Of a stretch of DNA of 64,000 nt, positions 62,075 to 64,000 are shown in pieces. The notes under the pieces are model-generated. The model was not told the origin of the DNA. It saw only the letters and a list, made by a program, of their open reading frames with translations, and did no database searches. Source of the stretch: Nitrosopumilaceae archaeon. Lineage in GTDB: Archaea; Thermoproteota; Nitrososphaeria; Nitrososphaerales; Nitrosopumilaceae. Numbering within the stretch: position 1 is the first letter of the stretch; every line of letters starts with the position of its first letter. The translations under genes and the position numbers were made by a program. The DNA is taken from NCBI GenBank assembly GCA_965207375.1, contig OZ242274.1, positions 1,184,001 to 1,248,000 on the forward strand, written 5' to 3'.

Positions 62075-63166
62075 ATGAAAACATACATTGGAATAGACAT
62101 TGGAAAGAAAAAGTGTGACGTATGCGTCATAAATGGTACAGGACGAGTACTTGAGACCTGTCAGTATATGAACACGGTAGCAGATGCTAAAAAGTTTGCA
62201 GAAACCATGGCACGAAAATACACGGGAAATAAAAAAACATGCAGTGCTGCATGTGAAACTACAGGCAACATGTGGAATGTTACCTATGCTAAATTTGAGG
62301 CAGCAGGTATACCAATCAAGCTTGCAAATACGTACAAGATGGCCATAATTGCCAAGACTGGTAAAAAGACAGACAAGGTGGATGCACAAAAGATAGCACA
62401 GGTATTACGAATGGATATGATTCCAGAATGTTATGTACCAAAACCGGACATACGAGGAATACGTGCAATGATACGACAGCATATCAAGATAGTACATGAT
62501 AGGACACGAGTGATAAACAGAGTACGCAGTCTTTTAGACAGACATGATGTCTCAATTGATACAGTACAAGTATATGCAGTAAAGACAATGCAGTATCTAG
62601 AGTCTGTATCTCTTGATGAAATACATGATGAAATAATTCTGCAGCAATATGTCCGACAGATCAGACATCTGACCGAAGAGTTGACCAAAATGAATGATTA
62701 CATAGAACAAGAGGCAGCAAACAACGAGTATGCCAAACTATTGACAAGCATGACAGGGATGGGAACATATACTTCATTGTTGCTAGCAGTCGAAATTGCA
62801 GACATTTCAAGATTTGATAATCCAAAGAAACTTGTTGCATGGGCAGGTCTGTGTCCTACCATACACCAGTCAGGAGATCAAAAATATCTTGGAAGGATGA
62901 AGAAACTAGACACCAACAGTATAGTGAATTGGGCAATGTGCGAGGCAGCAAATGTGGCAGTAACACATGACCCTAGGATGAAATCAATATACGAATCTGC
63001 AAAAAGGCGACATGCAGACAAGCATGCACTTGCAGTTGTTGTAGTTGCAAACAAGATGATAACAATATCATGGCACATTCTGAACACAAAGACACCATAT
63101 TCGTCACACAATACAAGATTGTATCAGCGCAAGCTTGCTAAATTGGAAAAGGCACGTCAGAAATGA
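62075..63166 (+). CDS. IS110-family DEDD recombinase/transposase
   Basis: YIGIDIGK, ACETTG, KTDKVDA, AWAGLCP..HQSG. GGAGGTGA RBS upstream; intact 363 aa. Confidence 0.96.
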   Translation: MKTYIGIDIGKKKCDVCVINGTGRVLETCQYMNTVADAKKFAETMARKYTGNKKTCSAACETTGNMWNVTYAKFEAAGIPIKLANTYKMAIIAKTGKKTDKVDAQKIAQVLRMDMIPECYVPKPDIRGIRAMIRQHIKIVHDRTRVINRVRSLLDRHDVSIDTVQVYAVKTMQYLESVSLDEIHDEIILQQYVRQIRHLTEELTKMNDYIEQEAANNEYAKLLTSMTGMGTYTSLLLAVEIADISRFDNPKKLVAWAGLCPTIHQSGDQKYLGRMKKLDTNSIVNWAMCEAANVAVTHDPRMKSIYESAKRRHADKHALAVVVVANKMITISWHILNTKTPYSSHNTRLYQRKLAKLEKARQK

Positions 63167-64000
63167 TTTGTACCTGTCAAATCCGGTATTAAGCTTGCTA
63201 GCGTTAGCTATAAATGATATACTAAATAATTAGGCACGGAACGGAAACGCAATAGGGATACATCAAGGTACGCGCCGGGGTGGTTAACATAGATGTCTAA
63301 AATTACCATAAATTCAAAACAACGTTAACAGATACATCTGTTTTCATGTGTGGTATCGTGGAGCAATGCCGGACTAAATTATCTAGAAGAGATGATAAAA
63401 TACCTCTAGATGGGTAAAAACGATGTTAACCCTTACTAAAATTTTAGTCACAACAAGTACAAAGCGATTAAGAACCATTTTCAGGCCCCTAATCACAATT
63501 ACCTTTGAGTAATCGACTATCATAGTATGTAATGTAATAATTGTAATTAAAAGTTATAATATTTTCAGGCATAAAAAATACATAAAATAGGATTTGAACC
63601 CACGAAACCCTACGGTAATCAATTGATAGTCGATCTATTTTGACTAGGTTCACAAATCCATGCAATGTTGAATCTAAAGGCATGTAATTTATTTCCAAAA
63701 GATTTTTGATTCTGGATTGAAAAGTTTGCAAATAAGCTTGATCAAAGACCATTGACAATAGGCAAGTCATGGGGAAAGATTACAACATATGCTTCACCAG
63801 AAACTGATCTTGTAGCAAATCTAACTAATCATCAATAGTTTTTCACATGTTTTTAAAAATTTCACACATATTTTTACTTTTTAAAAATTTTCAAATACTA
63901 GACCATATTATAAAAAAATCATGATAATTGGCAAATTACAAAACAACCAAAAGGCAATCAAATTAGACGTTGAGCTTTATTGCATCAATTGCAACAAAAA

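Larger units (their letters stand above)
61896..63296 (+). mobile_element. Complete IS110-family element
   Basis: Sub-terminal IRs ATGATAACCACCCCTGCGC (61899-61917) and 63272-63290 (17/19). Removing it rejoins the MITE. Confidence 0.9.
61876..63335. mobile_element. IS66-type MITE (family of 4744-4844) interrupted by IS110
   Basis: Left gtaagtgtttacgtc (61876). Right part ctaaaattaccataaattcaaaacaacgttaacagatac (63297-63335) matches 4806-4844. Confidence 0.75.

Noticed and set aside
63489-63770. 93-aa minus-strand ORF near the window end (also 9016-9249, 26566-26763, 38793-38987)
   Set aside because: No recognisable motif or clear expression signals; not supportable as genes.

Overview
Low-GC chromosome segment from an ammonia-oxidising archaeon (Nitrososphaerota, Nitrosopumilaceae-like). 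The expanded FN3/NHL surface proteins and many IS scars suggest a host-associated lineage such as a sponge symbiont (inference). Core genes: DHH phosphoesterase, Alba-like protein, rpoK, citrate synthase, uvrBAC, LLM oxidoreductase, Fe-ADH (malonic semialdehyde reductase-like), glycerate kinase, purN, folD, ileS, DPSL, sucCD, rpl40e and tRNA-Val(CAC) with a non-canonical intron. Accessory content: two modular FN3 surface proteins, a 2885-aa S-layer protein with a ~1300-aa insertion of solute-binding, FN3 and Ig domains, two very basic repeat proteins, two toxin-antitoxin-like pairs, IS630/IS66/IS110 elements and three MITE-like families. The strongest signal is an intact archaeal IS110 element (61896-63296). 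Its left end carries a two-loop bridge-RNA-like structure whose four guide segments match the element's own target and donor junctions. The guide order and length asymmetry are mirrored relative to IS621, and the reconstructed target lies inside an IS66-type MITE.
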